A stretch of 64,000 nt of DNA from Malacoraja senta (GCA_038087875.1 CM075987.1:27034001-27098000); one strand, 5' to 3'. Shown: positions 20,906 through 35,542, counted from the stretch's first letter. Program-made: numbers and translations. The notes: a model not told the origin generated them from the sequence alone.

Positions 20906-22425
20906 CTGCGCAAAAATTTGATAGAGTTAGAAACAGAACACAAACACTGTCAATATAAGGCACATATCCGTGAGCAGATGCCAGTTTATGAATACGAGCA
21001 AATGAATTCATATTCTCATTACTGAAGACCATTTGAGTATATTCATGCATGGAACAAATAAATCAGTAAATCACATGTTGAGACCACAGTCTTCCTTCCT
21101 TCCATTGTGAGTTAATGACTAGTGGTGATACTACTCATGCCTAGAGGAGGTAATAATGTGATATTTTGAAGTAATTCTACTGACAATAATGTCAACAGAG
21201 TGATGCAATGTTAAAATTGCTTCAGTACCATTTCCTGCAACATTAGTTTGTTTTTTCTGGTTTAGTTTGCATTAGTTTAGAGAAACAGCGCGGCCACAGG
21301 CCCTTCGGCCCACCGAGTCTGCGACGACCCTCGATCCCCACACATTAACACTTCCCTACACACACTAGTACGGGTATCAGAGGTTATGGGGAGAAGGCAG
21401 GAGAATGGGGTTGAGTGGGAGAGATAGATCAGCCATGATTGAATGGCGGAGTAGATTCGATGGGCCGAATGACCTAATTCTGCTCCCAGAACTTATGAAA
21501 ATGTCCCAGTCTACGACGAGGTTGATTGAAAGATTGGGATTACAGCGTAGTATATGGGGGGACCATTCGATAATCTGATAATAGTTCAGGTTCGAGTTAC
21601 ATTTATTGCCACATCCACCAATTGGCACAGTGAGATTTGAGTTACCAGACGAATAGAAAGAAGACAATACACGATAGAGTTTAACATGAACATCCCCACG
21701 CAGCGGAATCAACGTTTCCCACTGTGAGGGAAGGCAATAAAGTTCAGCCACCTTCCTCTTTGTTCACCCGTGGTCGGGGGCCTTTGAGCCCTCCGCAGTC
21801 GCCGCTACGGGCGGCCCGATGTTCAGGCCCTCTCGCCGGGATGATCGGAACTCCGACGTCAGAACGTAACAACACACTCAGCGGCTTGGATTTTCCGAAT
21901 CGGCGGCTTCTTACCGGAGACCGCGGCTCCCGAAGTCCACAGGCCGAGCTGGGCGGAGGCAACTGGGCAAAAAAGCTGTACCTGTATCTCTAAACTGAAG
22001 ATGACATTTGGCTGCCATGCATTTGAAGACTTGCTCCTTTAAGGAAGGTATTACCATGCCCCAGTCAGCAGCAATCAGTAGGGGTTCATCATTAAGCAAT
22101 GTGCAAGAGCTGCATGCCCGAGAGCAGTTAGTCACTCCAGTTTAGTCAACGGAATGAAGCCAATTTTCAAAATTGTTTTCACGGAGGAGATTGAATGATA
22201 AAAAAGAAATTCACTTGGAGCCAGATAGCAAAGGCATGTTGCAGAGAGCACAAGATTCAAAATCAATGTATTTATTTAACACCATCCCTCAACCTAGCTG
22301 CATTTTCACCATTTGAATTTCAACTTTGATTTTCAGACATGCTTTTTTGTGCGTTTTGCAAATAATGGCTTCATGAAAGATTGTTCAATGTTCAGAGACT
22401 TTGCCACTGCGTTGTGTTCCTGTCT

Positions 22426-22911
<486 letters not shown>

Positions 22912-23329
22912 CCCTGTGGAAACTTTTCCCCAACTTTACTGAATATGCTACACTGGGCAGAGTTATTACTAACATGAAATAAATTAACATGATGTCTTTG
23001 CTCTTTGTGTGACCTTCCTGCAGTTTACTGGCTTCAAATTTACTACACGTGGGAATAACATTACTTTGCAATGTCAGACAGCAACTCTACCGCTGTGCCA
23101 CCATGAAGCCTCTATATTTTTGATATCTTACAATTTTAAAAAATAATTTGGTGTCAAAGCATCTGTATTGATATACACACGATACATTCAGACATTATTA
23201 CAGACAGGGCTTTACCATGGTTGAGATTCCGAAGCCACACAACACAATTAGAACGCCCAGTCGCCCAAGTCATCATTACGCCTCAGTTTCTTGATCTGGC
23301 TCTTGTGGCATTTGATCTCGTCTTGCAAA

Positions 23330-24345
23330 TGGACAGGCTAGATGCAGGAAAAATGTTCCCCATGTTGGGGGAATCCAGAACCAGGGGTCACAGTTTAAGA
23401 ATAAGGGGAAGAACTTTTTCACCCAGAGAGTCGTGAATCTGTGGAATTCTCTGCCACAGAAGGCAGTGGAGGCCAATTCACTGGATGTTTTCAGGAGAGA
23501 GTTAGATTTAGCTCTTAGGGCTAATGGAACCAAGGGATATGGGGAGAAAGCAGGAACGGGGAACTGATTTTGGATGATCAGCCATGATCATATTGATTGG
23601 TGGTGCTATCTCAAAGGGCCGAATGGCCTACTCCTGCACCTATTTTCTATGTTTCTATGTTTATAAACGCTGCATCTCTCTCGTGTTGCTGAATCTCCTC
23701 CTGATGACATAAATTATATATTTGGTGTTGCAGATTCTACATCAGGGATGTAACGCTGAGACTCTACAAGGCGCTGGTCAGGCTGCATTTGGAGTATTGT
23801 GCGCAATTTTGGGCACCATATCTGAGGAAGGATGTGCTGGTTCTGGAGAGGGTCCAGAGGAGGTTTACAAGAATGATCCCAGGAATGAGTAGGTTAACCT
23901 ATGATGAGCGTTTGTCGGCACTGGGCCTGTACTCGCTGGAGTTTCGAAGGATGAGGGGGGACCTCATTGAAATGTACCGAGTAACGAAAGGTCTGGATGT
24001 GGAGAGGATGTTTCCACAAGTGGGAGGGTTTAGGACCAGAGGCCAGGCTACATGCTTCGAGCCTGCCCAGAGGACGTACAGTTAGAAAGGAGATGAGAAG
24101 GAATGTTGTTAGTCAGAGAGTTGTGAATCTGTGTAATTCTATGTCACAGACGGCCGTGGAGGCCAAGTCAATGGATATTTTTTACGGTGGAGATTGTCAG
24201 ATTCTTGATTAGTACGGGTGTCAGTGGTTATGGTGAGAAGGCAGGTAGAATGGGGTAGAGTGGGAGAGATAGATCAGTCACGATTGAATGGCGCAGTAGA
24301 CGTGATGGGCCGAATGGCCTAAAACTGCTCCTGGAACTTATGAAG
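23330..24345 (+). mobile_element. Two adjacent CR1 3' fragments (23330-23662 and 23748-24345)
   Basis: LEYCAQFWAPYLRKD...RRMRGDLIE and CR1 3'UTRs. Confidence 0.8.
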
Positions 24346-25219
24346 ATAGAGACATTGTTTAATATACTGGAGCTCAGTGGGAATAACATGCAAAAAAAAA
24401 TGGAACCACAACAAGCCAGCTACCAATAAATTAAATTAAATCAAATCTCAATGATTATTTCCTCCTCTGGCTGAATAATAATGAGGAGATGCGGCTGAAT
24501 TTCAATATTCTGCTGCTGTAAACAGGTCAGAACTCCAAAAATACACTTTTAACTCGTTTCTTGCGAACCACTGAGTTGAGAATGAGTGTGGATTTGAGCT
24601 TATCGTTGTTAGAATTACCCAGCAATAGTAAATCCCAGTTCTTTTTTATCACAGGATGGGGTCTAGAAATGTTGCTGCATTTCCCTGAAGGCTGCGGGGG
24701 AATTGCCGTTTTAAAGAGATGTCCGTGGTAAATCCCGATTTGCACCTAATGTTCTATCTGGGGCTTAATGCTCATGAGACTCGGAAAAACCCAGCGAGCT
24801 CTCCTGCTGATCTCAAGCTTGATGTCCCTCGCCTGATGAGACTGGGAAGAGGATGCCACCGGCTACCAATTACTCTGTTCAAATTGATATTTTATTCCGG
24901 AGCTTGCCTAGCCCACTGCCGTCACATTTACAAAGGCAGTAAACACCATGGCAACAAAAACAGTCGGCCTTATTGGAAAGTGGACCCCTGGCATGCCCTC
25001 TCTCTCTCTCCATCCCTCACCCAACCCAACCCAAGTCGCACCAGCTTCTCGTTCTCGCCCAACAAAGAGCTGGGGTCACCAGTTTAAGAATAAGGGGTAT
25101 GCCATTTTGGACTGAAATGAGGAAAAACATTTTCACCCAGAGGGTTGTGAATCTGTGGAATTCTCTGCCACAGAAGGCAGTGGAGGCCGATTCACTGGAT
25201 GTTTTCGAGAGAGTTAGAT

Positions 25220-25805
25220 TTAAAGTAAAAAAGTAAAAGTAATAGTAACTTTATTGTCAATTCAAATAATGTAACAAGTAGTTACACAGAGGATTGAGAT
25301 TGCGTTTCCCCATACTCCAATGTGCAAGTCATATTTATAACACAGACAGACAATATACCAATAAAGATAGACAATGGACATATACATTATATAAAATATT
25401 CACAGTGTGCCAGAGTGTAGTAACATTTTGAGGTATGTCATTAAGGTGCAATAATAAAAGGTGCAATATAGAAAAGTGCAAATAGCATACTGCAGACATT
25501 GGGTTCAAGTTAATCTGACAGTCAGTTGGTCTTTGTTTGTGTAATGTTCATGGAATGTTCTTGAGTGTGTTGAGTAGTCTGATGGCCTGAGGGAAAAAGC
25601 TGTTTTTGAATCTGGTGGTTTTGCTCCGCATGCTGCGGTAGCGCTTGCCGGATGGTAGGAGGGTGAACAGTTTGTGTGCTGGGTGGGTGGTGTCTTTGAT
25701 GATATTGGTTGCTCTCTTGCAACAGCGAGATGGGTATAAGTCCTGGATTGCTGGTTGGGGTGATCTAGTGATCTTCTCCGCTGTCCTCACCACTCTCTGT
25801 AGGGC
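25220..25805 (-). mobile_element. Rex1/Babar-like LINE 3' end (second family)
   Basis: VRTAEKI...HPAHKLFTLLPSGKRYRS...[15 protein letters not shown]. Inserted into a CR1 fragment. Confidence 0.82.
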
Positions 25806-27563
25806 CTTAAGAATAAGGGGTATTCTTATTTAGCTCTGAGGGCTATTCTGATTTAGCTCTGAGGGCTAACGGACTCAAGGGATATAGGGAGAAAGCAGGA
25901 ACGGGGTACTGATTTTGGATGAACAGCCATGATAATATTGAATGGCAGTGATGGCTTGAAGGGCCAAATGGCCTACTCCTACACCTATTTTCCCTGTTTC
26001 TATGTTTCTAACAATGGCCTGTTTCCTTCATCATCGTTACTTTTTTGCATATCTTTCATTCCTTGTTCTTTATCTCTCCACATCATCGTCTATATCTCTC
26101 GTTGCCCTTTCCCCTGACTCTCACTCTGAAGAAGGGTCTCGACCTGAAACGTCACCCATTCCTTCTCTCCAGGGATACTGCCTGACCCGCTGAGTTACTC
26201 CAGCACTTTGTGTCTATCTTCGGTGTAAAGTTCCTTCCGACAGAAGTCAGTGCGACTTGCTGCAGGTTAGGACAGAAGCTGGAGTGTTAAGAATGAGGGT
26301 AGACAAAAAATGCTGGAGAAACTCAGCGGGTGAGGCAGCATCTATGGAGCGAAGGAAATAGACAACGTCTCGGGCCGAAACCCTTCTTCAGACTCAAGAA
26401 TTGAACTCAAGAATAAGCTTGAGTTGATTGAGAGGGGAAGACAGGAGATGTACGGTAAGGTCAGGTGCAGCAAAGACCTAGATGCAGTTTATAGATGAAC
26501 AGATAATAGTGGTTGTGTGAGCGATGGTGAGTTCAAACAGGCCAGTTTTATTGGTGGGACCCGTTCAAGGTGAATTCAATTAAACCTCGAACAATTATAA
26601 AATAATGACATGACCTACCATTACTTAATCCAATCCAAACAGAAGTGCTTACTTGGCTAACCCTGGCTTGATTGTGCTAATATTTTTTGAGCGTACAAGC
26701 TGATAATTCAAGATAATGATTCTTGCTCTGAAAGCCTTCAGGTTTAACTAGGTTAATAAACACATCAGCGGGGTTTCTTAAAACGTTTGCTAATATACAT
26801 ACAGTAATGAGAGAAAACGCTTGGCAGAAACAAAGAACTGCAGATGTTGGTTAACACACTGAGGCCCGATAAGGCGCTGGTCAGGCTGCATTTGGAGTAC
26901 TGTGAGCAAATTGGACAATAGACAAAAGGTGCAGGAGTAGGCCATTCGACCCTTCGAGCTAGCACTGCCATTCAATGTGATCATGGCTGATCATCCCCAA
27001 TCAGTACCCCGTTCCTGCCTTCTCCCCATATCCCCTGACTCTGCTACCTTTAAGAGCCCTATCTAGCTCTCTCTTGAAAGTATCCAGGGAACTGAGGCAG
27101 AGAATTCCACAGACTCACCACTCTCTGTGTGAAAACGTGTTTCCTCATCTCCGTTCTAAATGGCTTACCCCTTATTCTTAAACTGTGGCCCCTGGTTCTG
27201 GACTCCCCCAAAATCAGGAACATGTTTCCTGCCTCCAGCGTGTCCAAACCCTTAATAATATGTTTCAATAAGATACCCTCTCATCCTTCTAAACTCCAGA
27301 GTATTTGGGCCCCATATCTGAGGAAGGATGCGTTGGCTCTGGAGAGGGTCCAGGAGAGGTTTGCAAGAATGATCCCAGGAATGTATGGGTGAGCATATGA
27401 TGAGCATTTGACAGCACTGGGCCTGTACTCACTTGAGATGAGAAGGTTGAGGGGAGACCTCATTGAAACTTACAGACTAATGAAAGGCATAGATAGAGTG
27501 GATGTGGAGAGGATGTTTCCACTGGTGGGAGAATTTAGGACCAGAGGTCACAGCCTCAGAATT

Positions 27564-30500
27564 TTACTTCGGAGTCACGTGAGTGACTACGTGAAGAAGA
27601 GCCCGTCCAGCCGCACACGCGTCATATCGTACAGATGCATAGCGTGAGTGCCGATGTTTGGAGCGAGCAGAGCTCCTCCAAACCGGTAAGTAAAAAACCT
27701 GAAGGTAGGTTTTTACTTACGGTTTTCAGGCGATTTAAAAGACTTGTAGTAATAAAATACAAGTCATAATGAAGGAAATTGTGGAGGTGTACCGCAGAGT
27801 GCTCAGACAGACCGCGCACGGGTCTGTGAGTAGCGGGCGCCCTTTTAAAAACAATTTTTAAACGGTTACCGTTTAGCGCTATTAGATCGCATAGATAAGA
27901 GGTGGCCGTTAAAGAAGTCAGACCGGAGATCCCCGTTTCAGGTAACTAGTTGGTTATATTTAAAACCTAGTTGCAGGGCAATGCAGGGAATGTCTGGGGA
28001 ATGTCCAGGTTAACTATTTGGTCTAAATTAGAGCCAGCATATGAAGTGCCTAGGGAAGGTCCGGGCTTTGTGTTGGGCTAGAGAAGGCCAGTGTATGAAG
28101 TGTTAAAGAAGGAACTGCAGATGCTGGAAAATCGAAGGTACACAAAAATGCTGGAGAAACTCAGCGGGTGCAGCAGCATCTATGGAGCGAAGGAAATAGG
28201 CAACGTTTCGGGCCGAAACCCTTCTTCAGACTGATAGGGGGTGGGGAGAAGAAAGGAAAAAAGGAAAATAGGCGGAGGATGTAAATTCGCCCCTGCATGA
28301 AGAGGTTTATTTCATACAAAGATTCAAGTAAACGGATCATATGAGGCCTAGAGCCCAATACAGAGCCAAAGGACCAGAGTTGGCACAATATATTTAAGTT
28401 GTGGTTCCAAAAAGATGAGGGAACCATTGGGAGATAATTAAACTATGTCAATAAAATACTTACTCTCCCAGCAGCTCCAGGCTCTAACCAGGTATGAGCT
28501 GTCTACAAAAATAAACCCGCAGTATTGAGCATGATAAGCAAGTCTCAGCGGGGGAGAGGGTATTGAAATTACTGGTCAGGCGTTAAGGCTTTTTTGACCA
28601 AAGGTTGGATGGAGAGCATGTGTCTATATCACAACAAGGTTGAATTAGCACTCATGTGTAGTGCGCACTTTCAAATAATTGTTTTATAAAAGTGCTATAA
28701 AACCTAATATATACCCTAAGTTTGGGGGCTCTGTACACCATCTAATATTTAAATTGTCTATTAATCTGTTTTTAGAAAGATCTAGCCAAAAAAGGTATGA
28801 TCCTGTGTGATTAACAGATCAAATTAAGGCAGTTTTCCTACCAATATGTGGTGACTGGGGATAGTAAAGTATCAATTCTGTCTTTCCCATATGTGCGTAA
28901 TAGGCGCACTCCTCCTGAGATATGTGGAAGTTATAATATTCCACTAAGATCAGGGGTTAACAATTGCCATAGGCAAACCCAGAGGAGGAGGTCTGGTTCT
29001 GTAAGAAACATATTAAATGTTTTACACTTACAAGTTGGGGAAGATTACATTTCTTGCTAAAAAATGGCAAATTGATATTATACTGTACAGTATTGTGGGG
29101 TTTAGAATGTAGTTCTACCCATATTTGGTTTCTCTTACTAAGGTATTTGAAACCAGACACATATGTTCTCAAAATAAGAGAATATGTAGATTCAGACAAA
29201 ACATGAAATATTGTGGGAAAGAGATGATTAAGAAGTCAGTTCACCATTACCATCAATTAATGCCAAATATGTTATGAGAGCAAATAAGGATGGTGGGTGT
29301 AGATTTATTCTAGATCTGACAAATTTTAACTCTTTTTTGTACAGTATAAACAGTGGATAACATTTGTTAATGTTATGCAGCCAATTTCACAAATAAGCAT
29401 TTTTACTATGTGACTGTGTATGATATAATAGATATTTCTATTTTATCTGGATAAGCCAATTATGGCAATTTGAAGCATTGTATTCATGTTTAGTCTCAGC
29501 CTTGAGACTATTTGACAGGTTGTTGGATTTAATATTAGCTTTACTAAGAACTCAGTGCCATTTGGTAATGGTCTATTGCCATATTCTGATTGTAGGAAAC
29601 ATTCGGACTACAACAGAACCATGAGTGTTAGAATAAAGCTCACTTTAAAGATTTGTTGACCATCGAGATAAATCTAAAACAGTTTCCAAACACCGTTATT
29701 GATTATTTGGGTTCCATTATCAAATGAGAACACATGCTCATGATCCAATTGCAGGATTAAGGCTGCATTTAAGTGGAAGTTGTTCAAAGCTCATTATAGA
29801 GCATCAACCATTGTATAAAGGTCAATATAGAGCATTAATCCTTAATTAGGCATTTAATTGGAAGTGTATTAAGCTCATTATAGAGCACCAACCTTCAATT
29901 AGGCAGGAAACAAGCCTATTTTACAAATGTTGCTTATTTTCAGCTGTAGAATTTAGACTGCGGCATTATAAATGTTTATAGTAAGCATGGATAGAGGAAT
30001 GGATAATACAATTTATGGTAAGTTTCCCAGGCCATGTATTTGCCAGTTACATTTATTACTGGAATATTAATGAATCAGGAGTGTCTCAAATGCCTCCAGA
30101 GAGATTCTGGCTAAACACCTTCCATTATGCTACACACTAATGGTAGTGCTCTAAGTTGAGGTCATACTTATAAATATTTTCAGCTGTGGAGGTACATGGA
30201 ATATGGAGAAAGTACCTTTTGATCAAATAACAAGGGATCATTATGTAAGTTTTAGGAACATTTATGACCTAAAGCTTATTTGCTCTTGAATGAATGAATG
30301 AATGAATGAATGAAAACTTTATTGTCATTCAGATATACACCTATACCCAGTGCACCTAGAATGAAATTTCGTTTGCATTTGACTCTCCAGTTTTTTTTTT
30401 TTTAGAAGTGTCGATATTTAAAAAGTTCTAGCCTCGGTTTAATTGATTGTTCAATAATCTTATGGCCTGGGGGATGAAGCTGTTGCAGAACCTGGTTGTC

Positions 30501-33160
30501 CCGCTCTTCATGCTGCGGTACCTCCTCCCAGAGTTAAGCAGTATAAACAGTCCAAATTGTGGGTGTGTGGGGGCTTTGGTAATGCCCTTAGCTCTACTCA
30601 GACAGCGCTTGTACCCCATGTCCATGATGGAAGGAAGAGAAGTCCCAATGATTTTTTCCGCTGTCCTCACCACTCTCTGAAGGCACTTCCAGTCTGCAGC
30701 TGTACAGCTGCCGCACCACGTAGAGATACAGCCGGTCATGACCGACTCAATTGTGCTTCTGTAGAAAGTGGTGAGGATGGGAGGGTGGAGGTGTAAACTT
30801 CTCAACCTGCGGAGGAAGTACAACCGCTGATGTGCCCGTTTTGCCAGAGATGTAATGTTTGTGGACCAGTTTAAGGTGTCCGTTATATGCACCCCCAGGA
30901 ACTTGATGCTTTTCACCTGCTCCACTGCTGAGTTGTTGATGCAAAGTGGAGTGTGACTGGGCTGAATTTTCCTTCTGACATCGACTACAATCTCCTTGGT
31001 TTTGTTGCCATTTAGGAGAAGGTTGTTCCTGCTGCACCAGCTCACCAGCTGTTCCACCTCCTCTCTATATGCCTGGTCGTCGTTATTGCGGATGAGGCCC
31101 ACTACTGTTGTGTCATCCGCGTATTTGATGATATGGTTAGTGGTGGACCTGGCGACACAGTCATGTGTCATCAATGTAAAGAGCAGCGGACTCAGGACAC
31201 AGCCCTGAGGGGAGCCGATGCTCAGTTTGATGACAGAGGAGGTGTTCTTCCCCACCCGCACAGACTGGGGTCTTTCGGAAAGGAAATCCAGGATCCAGTT
31301 GCATAGTATGGTATTGAAACCTAGGGGTGCCAGTTTGCTCACCAGATGCTGGGGGATTATCGTGTTAAATGCTGAGCTGAAATCAACAAACAGCATCCGC
31401 ACTTGGGTATTCTTCTCCTCCAGGTGTTGTAGGCTCAGGTGGACTGCAGAGGAGATTGCATCCTCTGTGGAGCGGTTCGGGCGATAAGCAAACTGGAACG
31501 GGTCAAAACTGGAGGGGAGTTTAGAGACCATGTGCTGCTTAATAAGCCTCTCAAAGCACTTCATTATTATTGGTGTGAGTGCTACGGGGCGGTAATCATT
31601 TAGGCAGGTTATTGTAGACTTTTTGGGAACTGGTATGATGGTAGCTGTCTTGAAACATGATGGAACAATGGCCTGGTTCAAGGAGATGTTAAAAATGTCT
31701 GTCAGAACCAGAGCCAGCTGGTCGGCACATCCCCTGAGCAGACGCCCCGGTATGTTATCCGGTCCGGCTGCCTTTCGCTGGTCAATGCCCTCCAGGATTC
31801 TGCGGACTTCAGCAGTTTCAAAAGACAGTGCCTGTTCTCCTGGTTGTGGCTCTAATTTCCTCACTGTAGTGGTGTTCAGTGCTTCAAACCTGCCGAAATA
31901 ATTATTTAGTTCATTTAGAAAGTCTGTGTCATCCTTACAGGACATCTGAGGGGCCTTGTAGTTAGTTATGGCCCGGATGCCTTTCCACATGTTCCTGGTG
32001 TTGGTATTATCCTGGAAGAAATGCAATGTTGCATGTTTAAACATAGATTGAGACTACGGAATAGAACGTATGTCAATCATTCGAGTGGTTTAAGTCAGTA
32101 TCTTGTAATAGACTGGCTAATGTGATCTGGATCTGGTATTTACCAGAAATATTTAATTGGCAATCTACCTATGAGGTAGATTCAATATAGTTGAAGACTC
32201 AAAATTCATGTAAATCAATGATAATACAGAATGTATGTTGGATCGTGAGAAATTTAATAATATTATAGCACGATTGATGACTTGTTTGTATCCAGATTTT
32301 ACCACCAATTACCTAAATATATGTTATAAAGTCTGATACTGGGGCAGTAGTGGTGAATGATTTTTGCTGCATTGGGGTAAAATGTTTGTATACATTTTCC
32401 ATTTTTTCTCATTTAACAGTATATACAGAAGAGCAAACAGGATTCTGTTTCGGGAGTATTGGTGGTACTAGATTGGATCTACAAAACCATGGTACCCTGA
32501 GATGTTTAAAATGATCACAAAGCCTCTTATGATTTCCGAACAGAATTAATCTGTTTGTGCACTCTATAACTGATGATTCACATCCTTTACATAATCATAT
32601 TGGTTGTTGATTTACAGATTTTAAGGAGTGACAATTATCGGAAGAGGACTATCAGATTGTACTGTGGATATTATTGCAATCTGGAGGGATTTTACCCAGA
32701 AGTAGTACATTTCTTACATAAAGAAATGGGATATGTTTTGTTTAAGCAGACTATTACATATCACACTATAGACATATTAGTAGTGTTAGAGTTTTGTAAA
32801 CTCTTTATTTTATTAGCAGTTAAGCTATAATGCTATGAATACTGCAAGGAGTGCCGTTACTGCATATCTATGGAGGAATCAGAATAAAATGTTGTAGGGT
32901 TACACCCTTTGGTCTGCAAATTTATGAAAGGATTTTAATTCTAAAACCTCTTAGACACAAGTATACAATAATCTGGAATGTAAGAGATATGTTATATTGT
33001 TTTTGTTTATGGACTCCTATTACAGTGCTGTCCTTTCCTTGAATTATCATTAAGGAAGTCAAGTTCAGGGGACTGGTTTATGCACAGAGAGTGCAACTAT
33101 TGCAGAAAGTACGAAAATAAACATCAAACTTCAAACTGGTAAGTTCTCGTTTAATCTTAC
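27564..33160 (+). mobile_element. Degenerate DIRS-type (tyrosine recombinase) retrotransposon
   Basis: Relict motifs in DIRS order: RT NKDGGCRFILDLTNFN (29283-29330); methyltransferase-like DLFVSRFYHQLPKY (32279-32320); YR N-terminus LSYNAMNTARSAV, VGLHPLVCKFMKG, KYTIIWNV, AQRVQ (32820-33096). It splits a CR1 fragment at AATT. Confidence 0.8.
30428..32020 (-). CDS. Rex1/Babar LINE reverse transcriptase, 5'-truncated, stop-free; 3'UTR and (CATT)n tail extend to 30288
   Basis: [52 protein letters not shown] motifs; ends [10 protein letters not shown]. Confidence 0.92.
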   Translation of the reverse strand, partial: FFQDNTNTRNMWKGIRAITNYKAPQMSCKDDTDFLNELNNYFGRFEALNTTTVRKLEPQPGEQALSFETAEVRRILEGIDQRKAAGPDNIPGRLLRGCADQLALVLTDIFNISLNQAIVPSCFKTATIIPVPKKSTITCLNDYRPVALTPIIMKCFERLIKQHMVSKLPSSFDPFQFAYRPNRSTEDAISSAVHLSLQHLEEKNTQVRMLFVDFSSAFNTIIPQHLVSKLAPLGFNTILCNWILDFLSERPQSVRVGKNTSSVIKLSIGSPQGCVLSPLLFTLMTHDCVARSTTNHIIKYADDTTVVGLIRNNDDQAYREEVEQLVSWCSRNNLLLNGNKTKEIVVDVRRKIQPSHTPLCINNSAVEQVKSIKFLGVHITDTLNWSTNITSLAKRAHQRLYFLRRLRSLHLHPPILTTFYRSTIESVMTGCISTWCGSCTAADWKCLQRVVRTAEKIIGTSLPSIMDMGYKRCLSRAKGITKAPTHPQFGLFILLNSGRRYRSMKSGTTRFCNSFIPQAIRLLNNQLNRG

Positions 33161-34987
33161 AATTAAAGGACATTCTTTTAGAAAGTAGGTGAGGAGAGCT
33201 TCTTTAGTCAGAGAGTGATGAATCTGTGGAACTCATTGTCACAGAGGGCTGTGGAGGCCAAGTCAGTGGATACTTTTCACGCCCACGCTACAGCAATAGA
33301 CCCACCAAGTAATTCCAAATCCAGCTGAGCGGGATGCCGCTAACAATTGCAAACGACATCCACATCTTTGCCATCATTATCTGCACTCGCTTACCCACCA
33401 GAGACTCTTTTATCTGGAAGGTGAAGTTTAGTTTCTCGTGATTATCTGCTTTAAGGTCATTCCATCAGGCACTACAAGCTCAGTCCTATACTGTGAAGTA
33501 GTATGTCCTTGCTTCTCCTGCTACATTGAAAGCTTAAAGTCAACGCAGCCTGAAAACTAGATTCATGTTGGAAAAATGTTTTTAAAAATAATAAGACATT
33601 TTTTAACTGAAAAGAACGCAGAGAAGATTTACGAGGATGTTGCCAGGACTTGGAGTGTGGGGGGAAACCGGAGCACCCGGGGAAAACCCACGTAGGCGAT
33701 ATTTCCTCAAATTTTTAGTAGTTCGTGTGCGCAGAAATCTTGTGTTGTGCAATTTCTTATGCTGTTACAAATGCGTGTGCGCACTGAATTGTGGAAATAT
33801 AAAGCTGAAATTGTTTCACAATATTTTTGCCATAGCCTCATGGTTAATAAAACTGCATTGTCATGTTTTAATATAATCCAAATTTCATATTTGTAGCAAT
33901 ATGAATGTAACTTACGGGGAGAACGTACAAACTCCACGCAGACAGCACCCGTGGTCAGGATTGAACCCGGGTCTCAGGTGACATAACGCTGCCACCCATT
34001 TTGTTAGGGTTCAAGCCATTGACCAGAGATGGGAATGTGGTGAGAACAAAATGGTATTGGTGTAGTATTGGTGCTCGGTCGTTGGGCCGAAGGGCCTGTC
34101 TGCATATAGCACGGCTTCTGAACAGCGAAGGAAATCATGTTACAACTGCCTAAGACCTTCGTCACTTAAGATTGTGTAAAATCACAGACCATATATATAG
34201 TTGTGATCATTTCCTGGTAATCATTCTTAAGATGTTATATCTATGGTTCTTGCCGGCTAGGTTTGTTATAAAACCAATCAGCTCAATAATGACAACTGAA
34301 AATACTAAAATGGGGAAATCAGCCAGTTATTATGATCGGGAATTCACTGGCTGATTCAATGATAACTTTAAAAATGGAAGAGAATATATATTTGAAAAGA
34401 AAGAATTTTTCAAGGTTATAAATAAACAGTAAATTGAGGCGAAATGTTTAAGAAGGAGCTGCAGATGCTGGAAAAATCGAAGGTAGACAAAAATGCTGGA
34501 GAAACTCAGCGGGCCCAGCGGTATGAACATTGACTTCTCCAATTTCAGGTAGTCTTAGCTTTCTCCCTCTTTCCCCTCCCCTTCCCAGATCTCCCACAGC
34601 CCACTGTCTCCGCCTCTTCCTTTCTTCTTCCCCCCCCCCCCCCACCCACCCCCACATCAGTCTGAAGAGGGGTCTTGACCCGAAACGTCACCTATTCCTT
34701 CGCTCCATAGATGCTGCCTCACCCGCTGAGTTTCTCCAGCAATTTTGTCCACCTACAGTAAATTGAGAATAATTCTTCAGCTCTTCAAAGTACTAGCATT
34801 AACAAAAGCTTTTCACTGTACCTCAGTTCACGTGACAATAAACCAAACTGAATTTTCAGGACCAAGTGGTCTCCTGTGTTGTTTAACAGATTTGTTTCCA
34901 AAGCAGGTATTTTCTTCTGAAGAAGGGTGTCGACCAGAAACGTCACCTATTCCTTCTCCCCAGAGATGCTGCCTGACCCGCTGAGTT

Positions 34988-35420
34988 ATAGAGTCATAGA
35001 GACATGGAGTGATACAGTGTGGAAACAGGCCCTTCGACCCAACTTGCCCACATCGGCCAACATGTCCCAGCTACACTAGTCCCACCTGCCTGCTTTTGGC
35101 CCACATCCCTCCAAACCTATCCTATCCATGTATCTGTCTAACTGCTTCTTAAACGTTGGGATAGTCCCAGCCTCAACTACCTCCTTTAGCAGCTCGTTCC
35201 ATACACCCACCACCCTTTGTGTGGAAAAAGTTACCCCTCAGATTATTATTACATCTTTTCCCCTTCACTTTGAACCTACGTCCTCTGGTCCTCGATTCCC
35301 CTACTCTGGGCAAGAGACTCTGTGCGTCCACCCGATCTATTCCTCTCATGATTTTATACACCTCTATAAGATCACCCCTCATCCTCCTGCGCTCCAAGGA
35401 GTAGAGTCCCAGCCTGCTCC
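34988..35420 (-). mobile_element. CR1 LINE 3' end
   Basis: LGLYSLERRRMRGDLIEVYKI in ORF 35173..35556. Confidence 0.85.
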
Positions 35421-35542
35421 AGATTTTTTTGCCTATCTTTGGTGTAAAGCAGCATCTGTATTTCCTTGCTACACACTTTTGTACTTTTGCCTGTGCCAAA
35501 AAGGTGGCAACTCTATGTACACTTTGCGTGTTGTACACATAA

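Noticed and set aside
24640..24970. Host exon after TTCTTTTTTATCACAG (similarly after TTTTTATTTTTACAG near 57694)
   Set aside because: Acceptor-like motif only; no recognisable protein or convincing donor site.
27575..27597. TTCACGT (minus strand) at the DIRS left end as another HDV-like L3
   Set aside because: Flanks do not form P1, P2 or P3; it belongs to the DIRS terminal sequence.
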